A stretch of DNA of 64,000 bases from Azolla caroliniana (Eukaryota; Plantae; Polypodiophyta), in contig JBHGNT010000022.1 of the NCBI GenBank assembly GCA_043228905.1, positions 9,796,001 through 9,860,000 of the forward strand, written 5' to 3'. Under the pieces are notes generated by a model. The model saw only the letters and a list, made by a program, of their open reading frames with translations. It ran no database searches and was not told where the DNA came from. The translations under genes and the position numbers were made by a program. Below, one piece after another: positions 10,120-23,218 of the stretch (positions are counted from its first letter, which is position 1; each line of letters begins with the position of its first letter).

Positions 10120-13012
10120 CAAAATGGCGAAGTTGTGGCCACCAATATCGGCGAGAAATCAACTCAAAAGTCTTGTGGATGCTGAAATGTCCAGTCATTG
10201 GTGTGTCATGACATTGTTGCACGACTTTGAGTTGAGAAGGACCATCATGCACATACAAGAGAGTTTGTCGAAAAAGTAAACCATCATGCCAACTGAAGTG
10301 GGTGTAGTCTGACATGCACTCCTTTGTCAACCTCCTCGAAGTTTCCAACAAGGACTATCATACTAGTATACATTTTAATTGGTGAATATGTATTTGAGCC
10401 CCATATTGAATATAAAAAATAAAGGCATTCCACATACTCCAATTATGACACAATTCCCCATTATCTTGGATATTGAAAGACTATCTCAACATGTGAAGAA
10501 GGCATTCTCAACTCCACATGACCAAACATCCATTGAAATGGGCATTTCGATACTCCACTTAAAGAAGCCCACATTGTAGATAAAAAAAAATCCAAATAGC
10601 CTTGGCCACTAGACAATAGACAAATTGATGTTGACTATGTTCCTAAGCTCTACAATCCCATTTGAACTGCACTTTGCTACCACCTATTGGATCTTGTGAT
10701 TCTCCATTCTTTAGTTACTTGTTCTATAATCCATGAATACCTATCCGTTAGTTTGTGATATGTATAATTTGCTTTTACTTTGGCAAGACTTTTATGACCT
10801 ACAAATGTCGAATCTACCTCAAGTCCTCGTGTGTAACCTCAATCAAATCTAGAATTGGATATTACAAAGCTAACATTTCTTGCAACTAAGACCATGCCAC
10901 ATGGTCATGTCTAGGAATACGAAACCTTGTCTTGGTTTTTTGAAAGCCATTATTTTTCTTTGGGTTCCCAAAATGGAATCATATGTGTCTTCCATTTTTG
11001 TACTAAAAGTTCCAACCCCATCCTTACTCATTCTCTTTCTAGGTCCCTCCTCTCTCACACCATTGTCAAAAGGCATCATTATCATCTGTTTAAAATTCTC
11101 TTCTCATCAATCAATAAAAAATTGGTGTGATATGAAAATTTCACCTTGATTAATACTTCAATATGTAGCTTTAGGCACTCTTTAGATGTGATATAGACTA
11201 GTGATCACATCAATTGGAGATATTCAATTCCTAATCTATTGGTGTTATTTCCGTGCTTAGTACAATTATTAATACATTAGAAATTCATGTTGGGTTTTAC
11301 TTAGCATATACCCCCACATATCAACATCCTCCAAACATACCTTAGATTAGAGGATCCTAATGTAAACAAGTGTAGGAAAATGTTGAAAACAATTCCCATC
11401 TCGGTAACTTCATCTCACAAAAACATTGATCTTGTACAAATTCTAAAATTTTGATGATGGGGCTTTGGGAAAACCGGTTGCAGAACACCAATAAAAAAAC
11501 CTCCCAAAAATGTGAACTATATGCTATGAAGAAGACAGTAGATCGATCGTTAAGAAAGTCCACTAAAAAATAGTGTCATACACACTATTATCACATTCTC
11601 CTCTTCCTTTCTCATATAATATTCCTATACTTCTTGAATCATCATTCATAAAAAAAAGTTACATTCCTTGCATAGGGTAGTTCTTGGTCCCAACCTTCTT
11701 CCTTTGAATTGGGCATTGAAATCAACGTTTTGTAGATCCCATAACATTTGATAATGACCTATCTTGAAAATAAGCAAGCATTCTTTGTGGATACCTTTGC
11801 TTGCTATTGTAAGCTTATATGAGCATGTTTTGATTAAATTTCCCCTATTATTATTTGCTTAAGTAAATACTTCATTGAATTGCAAAAACATTAGCATACA
11901 TGTAGCATATCGTCATAACATGACACCATACCTTTTTAATCATTTCATTGATCAATTAGATCAATAAAAGCATTAAATTTTCTAGTAAGCTATGGTAATA
12001 AGAATTAGTGTGATGTTATAGTTTACATATCTATTGATACTTATTCCACATTGTCAACGTCCAACATTGGTGGTTGTGAATGATTCCTTGTTGTCATGGG
12101 TGTGTTACAACAATTTCCAAACCATCTTATTTATCATGTGAGAGGTTTTGGTTATCATGTTTGCATATGTTCTATTTAAACAAGTTTGAGTTGGTTTCAC
12201 AAGGTAAAGTATTTCGGCCCAATGCCAAGAGGCCATTTACTTGTGAGTGTGAAACTAAAATATAAACTTTGTAGCCATTGATGAGTGTGTAGTGGTTCAC
12301 CATTTAATCCCCATGGCTCCTTCTAGAGTTCTCAAGATGCTTTCTATTTCTTGAAGGATCCAAATTGGGGAGTTTGCTTTTGTCATGTGCAAAGAACAAT
12401 TTGATGCATTGCTTCTTGTTTGTACAATGACCTTTTAGTTAACTTTCTTGATTCTTGTCATTCGCATATTTAATTAACCAAAAGATGAAAACACTTGCAT
12501 GCCTTGGTGAAGCACTACAATGCACAATTGACGATATAACAAATCTACTCAAGAATATGGAGTGAATTATAGAATCACACACAAGGTTATATATACCATG
12601 GAATGTTTCAATACCACACAAGTCCACATTTTGTGTCTCTTTGTGTGTCACTCACATACATGAAGGAGTTAAATTCCAAGATTTTAAGAAAGACATTTGG
12701 CAAAATATTTTAACACACTCTTATGTATTTACCAGGGTCCAGTATACTTAAAAATCTATTTATACATTCTTAGACAAAAGAGACCACCTATTGTATATAA
12801 TATATGATGTATATCCATATTAATGAGAGCACTTTATATGGTTCCCTTGGACTTTGGCATCTAGGTAGAGTTACTTTGGCCTCACTTCATCGAATGAAGT
12901 AAAGATGAGGACTATATGATGCACACAAACAAACATTAATAGAGAGTGAGAGGTAGTGCATATTAACGTCTCGAAAGAAACCAATAGGTTTATGAGATGC
13001 AACACTACATTT

Positions 13013-13046
<34 letters not shown>

Positions 13047-13157
13047 CTTAGATTTTGCAATAGGAATGTCACCCTCCCATATGTGAGTGGTGCAAATCAA
13101 AGGAGAGTGTAGTCTATTTAACTTTTAAGAGAGAGGAAGAGGGAGAAGTATATATGT

Positions 13158-13718
13158 ATGGAACGTTTGATGTTGAGAAACACAAGAGTGTCAGTGGACA
13201 CAAGCACGAGATTGGGACCAAGGAGCAATGACGAAGTTGGTATCAATGCTCGTCAACATGAAATATCTAGTGGTGCATCACCATCTGATAATGAAGAAAA
13301 TTCATTTGGTAGTAGAATACGTGTTATGGCCACAAAAGTGAAGGATTTGGGGAAACAACTTGCACGTTTAGTAGTGCGTTTGTGGAGTAGGGTCTTACAT
13401 GGGGTGCTCTTCATTATCGATCATATCCTTCCACCTCATTATAATTCTAATAGCAACAGGATTGTGCCCACAAATATCACAAACTCTGAAACACTTAATG
13501 TGAATGATTCTTCCATCTCAGATGCAACACGTCCCCCCTCAACCACAAGTAATCCTAGGCCAAATGTGCTCCCACCTTCATCGTCTTTTGGGAATAATAA
13601 CACCAACACAAATTATGAAGCTTGGAGACGTTGGCTTTACCACATGATCGCCTCCTTCATCTACCCTTATATTCGTCATCTCACAACGAACCTCCTTGAA
13701 CGTTTGGCTACCATTTAA
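13158..13718 (+). CDS. Hypothetical 186-aa intronless protein, no recognisable family
   Basis: Open ATG-TAA frame in AT-rich surroundings; TATA-like TATTTAA near 13115 and (GA)n upstream; no homology recognised. Confidence 0.35.
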   Translation: MERLMLRNTRVSVDTSTRLGPRSNDEVGINARQHEISSGASPSDNEENSFGSRIRVMATKVKDLGKQLARLVVRLWSRVLHGVLFIIDHILPPHYNSNSNRIVPTNITNSETLNVNDSSISDATRPPSTTSNPRPNVLPPSSSFGNNNTNTNYEAWRRWLYHMIASFIYPYIRHLTTNLLERLATI

Positions 13719-15434
13719 ACCAATTGCTTCATGTCATTCATTCTTTGTTTAAGGCCATCCCACGGGAAGGGGGGGGCGTTGATTTGGCATACTTATTTTT
13801 CTTAACTTGAAAAATAAGAATTCTATTGTCATTTTTTTTATTTTTCAAAGCCATGTAACCATCAACATAGGCTTCGAATCACCTTCTCTATCATATGTAA
13901 GTAGTTTTATCCCATTCCATCATTGTTACCATTTATTAGGTTTATCTTTTATTCTCTTCTCTCGTCTTCTGCCCTCCCATGAAATCATGTGTAGCCTTTA
14001 TGAACTTTGCTATTTAAAAGGTAATGTTATCATATAGTGTCCTTTATAATCTTAGTATTTTCTTTTAAAGGTGATGTGAACATTTTCACTCTGACATTAT
14101 AGGTAAAATGTCAATGACATTTCCATGAAGCCATTAATTTTAGGTGCAAACAACTATTGTGAATGGATTCGGTCAAATTGATGAAGAGTTCTATCATAAA
14201 CACAAAGCTAACCCCAATTAACTATGCTTATACAATAAGTAAACATTCACCCCATTTATTATCTTTTAGTAAAATCTTTATCATTAGGCCAAGCTTCATA
14301 ATAATTGCTACAAACTATAGCAACAACATTGTAAAACCATTTTCTTTAGAGCAAACTTGCATTGTGAATACCCATAAATCACAATCATCATTCTTGCAAA
14401 AGAATTATGATATGAAAATGTGTTGCGCATCTTTATGGTGTGCCTCGTTGCAATAAAACAATAGGAAACTCTTAGCTAATTTGTAGGTTATTGCCATATG
14501 GAGGTGTACTAATGGAATAACTTGTATTTGACACTATTTAGCTTCTTATTTGAATGATGAATTAGCTTTTAGTGTATGACATTTTTCACTTATTGCAAAG
14601 TTTTCAAAGCTAATTATACTATGTAGTCTTAAAATAGTTCATGAGTATGAAGAATGTCATCTTTTCCATAAAAGGATAGTTTGTTCATCCTCAAATTTGC
14701 AAACTAAAACTTTCTTTTTGAACATGTTTGAAATTCATATTCTCATAATGGATTTGATTATATCCCTTAAGATGTTAATGGAGACAAGAAAGAGAGAGAT
14801 TGAGACTAACAAATTGGTAAGGTCGCTACATTTTCACAAGTATTAGGGCATCAATGGTGAACATGATATTGTTGGAGAGATGAAAGAGTGAGATCAAGAC
14901 TAATAGATTGGTGAATTCACTACATTGTTGGAGAAAGAACCTTGAAACTAAGTCATTCTTGAGTAGTAGGACATCAAGGGTGAACAAACGACATTCAGGA
15001 ATGCAATTATTTTGGGCATATACTGGATATACACAACAAAGACTTGTTCGAAGCAACAAGAGGCCTAAATAGCAAGTTTTAACGATAGTTCCGTGATTGT
15101 AAGAGGAGTTTTCTTGCATGTGATGTGTAAAGAACTATTTCCAAATTTTGAATAGATGCATCATGTGCACTCGTGCAAAAGGATCATGCAAAGTTAACTT
15201 CTTCTTTTTCACAAAAGGGATGTGATGGTAATCTCTTGGGGAATTATTAGGTTATCTAATGGTTAGCACTACATTATTAAATGGTATGTACTTAATAGTT
15301 AAAAATATGATGGATAGGAGTATGCTACTATTTTAACTTGGGTGCATAGTTAATCATCACCACGTAAATCGAGTGCTACTATTTAAACTTGTTTTGTCAA
15401 TACATGGTGGTTTAATTCTTGACAAGTTTGAACA

Positions 15435-16194
15435 TGTTAAGAATTAGGGAAGTAATTAAGCAAGGGATAATAAGTACCTAATTATGTGATTAAGTTAAGC
15501 ACGGAAGATTATGTGATATGTGTGTAAGAGGAAGAGAGAGAGAGGAAGTTAACACTTATGACCAACACAAGATGGGGGATGATTAACTCTATATTAATTT
15601 AACATCATTATCATCAAATACAAAAATACCCACAATGAGGTATATATAGATCTCATGTGCAAGGGTGCACATGTGTGAGGAGAATATAGGTACAAGGGTG
15701 TAAGTCCTATATTAAATGTACTTGGGAGTGGAGGATCTAGAATAGGGAAAAGTACCAGGATACCCCTGGAAGTTCGTCTATTTACCAAAATGCCCTTGGA
15801 AGTTCCAAATTTACCAAACTACCCCTATGTCCAAAAAATTACACTTTATAAAGTAATTATACACTCAAATCTTTAGTAAATAGGGCTAGTTCGGGTCCAT
15901 TTCTTCCATCTTTGGTAAATAGGGCTTGTAGATTTGAGTGTATAAGTACTTTATAAAGTGTAATTTTGTGGACATAGGGGTAGTTTGGTAAATTTGGAAC
16001 TTCCAGGGGCATTCTGGTAAATAGATGAACTTCCATGGGTATCCTGGTACTTTTCCCTCTAGAATATCCCACTTAAGTACAAGGTCCTATTTAAGGCGTT
16101 ATAGTCAACACTTCTAACTAGATTCTATCTAGGTAACTATGAAGTTACATGGTTGACTAACTAACTAAACTAAGTTGAGCTTGATCTCTCAACA
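15435..16194 (-). mobile_element. Copia-type solo LTR
   Basis: TGTTAAGA...TCTCAACA; near-TSD GAACA/AAACA; right end (GTTGAGCTTGATCTCTCAAC) matches the LTR end of the Copia at about 20620-20639. Confidence 0.65.
15745..16057. mobile_element. Mutator-like MITE (foldback) inserted in the solo LTR
   Basis: About 127-bp TIRs starting GGGAAAAGTACCAGGATACC; perfect 9-bp TSD TCTAGAATA (15736-15744, 16058-16066). Confidence 0.92.
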
Positions 16195-16239
16195 AAACAT
16201 ATGCTCTCAAAAATGTGAGATTATTTGTGCACCATGATC

Positions 16240-18450
16240 CAAAACATTGTCAACTGGGAGCCCATGTGAGCATATCACATTTGTGAGTATTAGTTCTACC
16301 ATTTCTATCTCCAAGATAAATTTCAAGCAAGGAGTAAAATAATCCATCTTTTTTTTTTCTAAACAACATATCCTTTCATTAGTTTTAAAAAAGGCATATC
16401 ACCGACAAAATACAAAATAGTTGGAAAGGAAGTGACTATCCTTCCCAAGCCCATCTTGTGTAAGACAATGGCTAGCCATGGATCCTTCGTTTGATGAAAT
16501 TGATTGAGCATTTCCTCAAATTTCCCATTCTCAGCATATCTTGCAATCATGCATTCCAAGAGACTTGTTCCTAGGCTGAAAGCCTGTGAAATACTACCTG
16601 TGCCTCAGCAAGGGACCCACATTTCGCCTACATATCTACTAATGTATTGCCAATGAAATAATATATTTCAACAACTTTTTGTACAATATCCTTGTGAATT
16701 TCATTGCTTGCTAATATAGCTCTAATGCTACCACATGCTTTCAGGTAGCAAACAAGTGTGACACAAGTCTTTGCATTTGCACAAAGAGGGAGAGTGTTGT
16801 CTCACTAAATCCATGTTCCACATATCTCTAATACCACAATAAGCAAGTCCTTCAAATTCCCACATTGTTTGAGTCCAAGAAGAGTTCATTGTTGTCTTCA
16901 AAAAGATTGTATAATTCAAGAAGCATGCCAAACTGCATGAAGCCAACACAACAATTGAAATCCTATTTCAAACATTCAAGGATGACATGGTTCTCTCTAA
17001 ATCTCCATTTAAAATTGCACATACTGCCAATATGGGTCCACACCAAACCATACCACAAACTGTTTGAGTCAAGGGAGAGTCAAGTGTTGTCTTCAAAAAG
17101 ATTGTATACTTCAAGAAAATGCCAAAATGCATGAAGCCAACATAACAATTGAAATCCATTACACCACGTAAGACCAAAACTGTTGAGCCCTTGTTTTACC
17201 AAAATGAGAGATGATTGAAAGTTTTGGGGCTACACCCTCCATTTGCATCTAGATTAGCATATATTGAAGCTCTTCAACATAACCATACTCATCATATTCA
17301 CAAATTAATGCAGTCCAAGATACTACATTACCCTTAGATAAATGTTGTCCACTTAGAAAATAAACCATCTAACTGAATCTGTGTAAAACAATGGAGCATA
17401 TCTTGGAAGCGGTGTGTTCCACAAGACTATATAACTGATCAAGTTAGTAGTCCTGCTCAACATACCCTAAGATAAGTGTTGTCCACTTAGGAAATAAACC
17501 ATACAAGATCATGTTTCAAACCCTATTTGCAGATACTGTTGTGCACTCTCTTGTCCTTTTTCTACTGCTCAAATACTTCCACATGTTTTCAAGCCCCAAA
17601 CAAAGACCACGACATTCAAAGATATGCCTTTTTAATCCATACGTGAATGACATATAAGAGCATCCTCCCCACACTCATTTCGAGCATATCCTGAAACCAG
17701 TGTTTTCAAGAGACTATATTCTATAATGGAAGTCTTTTGAACACATTGAGTGCCTCTATGAAAAAGTCGCATTTCGTATATATAGTCTCAAGATCTTGCA
17801 ACATAGTGCAAGCCTTGAGCAAAGACACATAAGGTGGAATAAAATAATCCATTTTATGGCATCATAAGATTGGCCACATTGAATGCATCTTGTGATGCAC
17901 GCATTCCAATAAACAATAGTCTTCCTGGCTTGTTCAACTTTTACTAGGTCAACACATTTTGCATACATCTATACTAAACTACTTCCAAGATGGTTATTCT
18001 TTGCTAGAAAACCTCTTTGGAGAATATGAGAGCCTACCATACCATTATCCAAATCAAAGAAATGCCCATGCTTTGCATTTATTCAAATGAATCGAATGCT
18101 TTGTGGCCTTGTCCATGCTGGACATATGTTATAATGAGTGCACTCCAAACTATTCAAATCTTGAAAAACAAACTTTTCCAGCACTTCCTTGGCTGTTCCA
18201 AACCTACCACATTTGTCATACATGTCCATCGAAGCATTTCCCAATACCATCATATCATTATCCACAAGAGCCATATCTGCAATGTCACCGTGAATTTATT
18301 TTCCCTTGTCAATAGCTACGGCAAGCTAGGAGATCACATGTAAAGGAAAAAACAATCTCTATCATGTAAAAACAAGTCCACTTTATCATGATTGCATTCC
18401 AAATGGCCACATTTGTAGTTAGAAGCGTCTGAAACACATCTTCCTTTGCC
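16240..18450 (-). pseudogene. PLS-class pentatricopeptide repeat (PPR) pseudogene
   Basis: Broken motifs LGNASMDMYDKCGRFGTAKEVLEK, MYAKC...WNACITRCIQCGQ, TLVDM*AKCGSLAEAQVVF, MIARYAENGKFEE; many stops and frameshifts; boundaries approximate. Confidence 0.8.
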
Positions 18451-18839
18451 CCTTGTCATGGTTTCTAAAAACTTCATGTTGCAAACAAAAGTACTGAAGA
18501 CCATAGTCAACATATAAACAACATCTCAGAGTATCCAACTTTTTCAAACTTCATTTTTCCACATTAACCCTCAACCTTTGACAACAGAAATGCCTACAAA
18601 ATCAACCAGCTTCATAAATCCGGTAATGAGATCACTTTATCAACTAATTCCAATGTCTGAAGTCAAGCAATGTCTTCCGATGACAGCACCACATTTGGCC
18701 TGAGTTGTTGTGTCTTAAAAACATTAAAAATCTCCAAGCTTCAAAACATGTATTGTCATCGACCTTCAAGAAAAGGCTTCCAAGTCCACACCATCAACAC
18801 TCATAAAACAAAAAAAGAAAATGAGTCTACTCTCCCATC

Positions 18840-19600
18840 GTGAAGTATGCTTCGACCCCCACAAACATCATGACTCATCCTTATCAAACAAAGAATCTGT
18901 TTTATTTTCCCCATCCACCATCTAGCCGATTACCAGCAAAGTCCACCTCAACCATCTCTCGTCGTAGACCACCAAAGCCTTGTACATACAAAAAACATAA
19001 TGACACTACTCTCCGGGTCCCCTCATGAAATTATGCTTCTTCCCCCGACACCATCGTCACTCGTCCTTGTCAGAAATAGATAATGTGCTTCGTTGTCCAT
19101 ATCAACAGTGTCATCTTTAACTACGAAGGTCCTTGAGATTGGAAGATGCGATGACCAACATCCAATGTGCTCTGCTTCTCCCCTCATGAAAGTATGCTTC
19201 AACCCCTACACCATCAAAAAATCGATTGAATCACTCTCCTCAGACACATAAAAATCTGCTTCACCCTCCAACACCATCTTTATAGAAATCTGCTTCATTT
19301 TCAACATCAACCATCTGTCCATTTTCAGATTCCATCAAGCATCCTGACATATAGACAACAAACATATTAGTGTAAAAAACTCCCTCACCAACTCATGATA
19401 CTATGCTTCAAACCCCACACCATCTTCGCTCCTCCTTATCCCTCGAAAGAATTTTTCTTATTAATTCCACATCAACCCTCTCGCCGATTACCACTAAATT
19501 CCTGCTCATAATAATATGCTTCAACCCCCGCACCATCTACACTCATCCTTATCGCTCAAAAAGAATTTGCTTCTTACGTCCACAACAACCATCTCGCCAT
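18840..19600. repeat. Degenerate repeat array, at least five units
   Basis: TATGCTTC-AACCCC-CACCATC-(CACTCATCCTTATC) recurs near 18846, 19032, 19194, 19402 and 19515. Confidence 0.65.
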
Positions 19601-22600
19601 TTCGCTAATCGGCACCAAATTTGGCTTGCCATGTCCTTGATTTCCACCAACAACATCACTTATCATGTCCAACGACACTGCATCATAGTCCATTAGGTAA
19701 GTAACAAAACCTGCCGAAAAGTATCAAACAATACAGATTACTTTGAATAGAAAAATATAAATATCTCCCTATCACTCCGTAGGAACACTTCTTCCTCCCA
19801 TAGCAACATCCTTTTCCAACAAAGAAAAGAATTATTATGTTTATCAACAAGTTATGTTGTTATGTGCTCTGAAATAAGAAAGGACTAGGCGGAGGAAACA
19901 ACCATCGTGGTGACACATAATTCCAACAGTTTTCATGTGTCCCATCCAACCATAGAGGTATTGGCCACCATAAAATAATCCATCTTTGTAAGCCAATCCA
20001 ACCATAACACTTCTAGTGACCATGATGACTACCAACAATTGGGCAGTTGAACCTGAGACACATCATCAAGACGCAATGACAAATCAATGGAAAACAAAAG
20101 ACAACTTTATGATGTGAGACTTAGATAAGAAGAAGTTGGGAGTATACATCGTTGTCAAGAGAATACAAGTAGAAATGGAGACAATGAACCAAAAGAAACC
20201 GTGTTGATCTCCACCATCGTCAATACCAAGCCAACCTCTTTGGTTATTCCAAACTAAATCTTTGGATTTTATTTGGAAATTGACAACCTATTTGATGGCA
20301 CTGATAACATGTTCTAGCAAATGTAATGAAGAGATAAATGTTGATAGAAACTAGAGTCAAGAAACTATGGATTAGAGAACTTAAATTACCTTCGAAAACT
20401 AGTGGTTGAATTTGCAAGCAACAAATGACTAGACACCTACAACACATAAGAAATCTTCTAGAGCTATAGAATCTCATGGGTCATGGGGAATGTGGAATTC
20501 ATTAGTTTTGTGTCATAGAATATGATTCTATGACACATAGTTAATGTGTAGAGAGTAGTGGTAACTTTTGACCTTTGAGTGCTCATAGATTCTTAAATGT
20601 GTGTTCACACACTAGACTAGGTTGAGCTTGATTCTCAACCGCCCCCTCAAGCTCAACTTGGATCGGCTTCTTTTGGTTGATGTCTGCTTTGGCTTGTACC
20701 CGGTTTGGACAGTATCCGTTTCTCGGTTCTCTCTTGTACTCCCCCTCAAGTTTGGCAAGTCAAGGATCGTCAATCCAAGGTCTGACATGAATTGCCCAAG
20801 CTTGTCAGCTCCTACAGCTTTGGTGAAGATGTCGGTTGTCTGAAGATTCATGTTGATGTGTTAAAGGTCGACATCTCTAGCTTGAACGTGCTCTCAGATG
20901 AAGTGATAGTGCACTTCAATATGCTTCGTGCGTGCGTGGAACATCGGCTTCCGAGCCAGATAAATATTGCTCATGTTGTCGCAGTAAAGGGGAGTCGGAT
21001 CCTTGATGGGGACACCCAGATCCTTCAAATTCTCATGAGCCATACAACTTCACATGCAGCCACAACCATGCCCTTGTATTCGGCCTCTGTGCTCGAAAGT
21101 GCAACAATCAGCTGCTTCTTGCTACTCCAGGATATTGGTCCATTTCCGAGGGAGAAAACAAATCTAGAGGTCGACCGTCTGTCGACTTTGTAGCCAGCCC
21201 AGTCGGCTTCTGTGTACCTTTCGAGTCGAATTGGCATTGCCGTCTTGTAGAGGATGTCACAATCCATTGGGCCGCACACGTGTCGTAACATTGGCTTAGC
21301 GCAATCCAAGTGAATGTCATGTGGCTTTTGCATGAATTGGCTAAGGAGACCGACTAGGTAGCTTAGGTTGCGATAAGTGATTGTGAGATAAATGAGGCTC
21401 TTGATCAGTTGTTGATACTAAGTCGGCTCACACTCTGTGGTGCCAAAGTCGGCATCCAACTTGAGGTTTCAATCGAGAGGGGTTGCCACAGACTTACACT
21501 TAGTCGTCCTGAAAGATGTAGTGTCATTGAGAGATCATAAGCTAGAGTCTGAATTACTTCAATACCTAGGAAGTAATGGAGCTCCTTCATGTCCTTCATC
21601 TCGAATTTGCCGGAGAGGAGGAACTTGACCTTGTTGATGTCAACTAGATTTTCACCTCCAATGACCAAATCATCCACGTATAGGATGATGACAATCAGAC
21701 TTCCAAAATCGCTTCTTATGTAGAGGGAGTTGTCAGATTTTGACATTCGAAAGCCGATCAATGATGCTTTCAGATGGGCGTTGGATTCGAAGCCGGATGG
21801 TTGTACCATGTACATCTCCTCTTCTAATTCCCCTTGAAGAAAGGCATTCTTGACATCCATCTAGTGGAGGTGCCACCCTTTTGCTACTGCAAGTGCAATC
21901 ACGATCCACACAGTCGTCATCTTTGCCATCAGGGCAAAGGTTTCTTCATAGTCAACTCCATGTGTTTGTGTGTATCCTTCGCTACGAGTCGGGCTTTGTA
22001 GTGGTTGATAAAGCTGTCAGCATTATACTTCACTTTGTAAATCCACTTGTAGTATATCGCCTTTTTGTGTGGTGAGTGGGGAACGAGATCCCATGTCTCG
22101 TTCTTGCATAATGCCTGCATCTCCTCGTTCATTGCTTCAACCCATCGTGGATCCTTGGCGCCTCGGAAAACTTTTCCGGTTCATGAACTATTGCCACCTT
22201 CATCATAAAGGCATAGTGATATGCCATATAGTTATTGTAGCCAAATTGGCTAACTTGATTCTTCTCTCGGGTGGAGTGACGGAGTTTCTCATTTGTTGTG
22301 GCAATGGCTTTCTTTACACCAGATGTCCTCATGATGAGTACATCAAAGCCACCAAACTCAATGTCGAGTGAGTGATCGATTCATTGCTGTCAAATTGATC
22401 ATCTTCATATTCCAGCATTTTGGCCTTGCCTTTGCCCATCTTCGAACTTGGCCGAGATGTGCTCTGGTCACTCGGGGGCTCTTGTGTCCCATTAAGCCTA
22501 GTCGTGATCGGACTTTCTTCGAACATATGCCTCAGTTGATCTTCGTCTTCTATCTCTTGGTTGGCCAAGTTCGGGTCGACCGGAAATGGTTCGGGAGTTG

Positions 22601-23113
22601 GCTCAGGTTCGTACCATGATGCCGATTCATCGAAGATGATGTGTCGACTTACAGGAACCTTCAGAGTGGAGGGGTTGTGTCGTGACTCTTGAGTAGGAAG
22701 CAGAGAGAGAGAGCGATGGCGATAGAGATAACGATAACGATAGAGATGGCGAGAGCGGTAGAGATAGCGATAGTGATAGAAAGAGAGTGAAAGAGGGAGA
22801 GAGTGCGAGAGAGAGAAAAGTATAAGTGAGAGATAAGAAATGGGAATGCGATTATATTATGAGAAAGAAGATTACAAGGAGTAGGCTAAGGGCTAAAGAC
22901 TGGTGTTGAACCGAATGAGTTGTGATGAGTGTATGGACTCTTATTTATAGGCCCTTATGGAGTATTCTAGAATGTTCTAGAATATTTTAGATATTTATGA
23001 ATAATAATAATAATAAATATAATCATGAAATATTCAAGAACATTCTAGAATAATCTAGAATGTTCTAAATATCTTGTAATAACTAAACATATAATTATTA
23101 TGATTACATCTCA

Positions 23114-23185
23114 CATATGTTATTACAATGGTTAAAGTACAATATGTAAACCAAGAGGTTATGGGTTCGATTCCTGGTTCGCCAA
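23114..23185 (+). other. tRNA-derived module in the 3' LTR (identical copy at 28500-28571 in the 5' LTR)
   Basis: Degenerate A-box TATTACAATGG 23121-23131, D-loop TGGTTAA, GAGGTT, consensus B-box GGTTCGATTCC 23164-23174, ends TTCGCCA; spacing 44 nt. Confidence 0.7.
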
Positions 23186-23218
23186 GATGAATGTCATGAT
23201 AAGCCAAGATGTATGTCT

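Larger units (their letters stand above)
5194..10310 (-). mobile_element. About 310-bp orphan fragment of Tcn1-like pol (integrase zinc-binding region): 5194-5312 plus 10120-10310, split by the Copia insertion
   Basis: Colinear with about 24331-24636 (FSWHDGLLFRQTLLYV...TFELISRRYWWP|DYVRSCDTCCRSK..HHPYGLLQPMPIPE). Confidence 0.88.

Noticed and set aside
10345-12650. Possible old retroelement remnants (also 14100-15300 and 54700-56040)
   Set aside because: Too decayed to identify a diagnostic motif by eye; needs a profile search.
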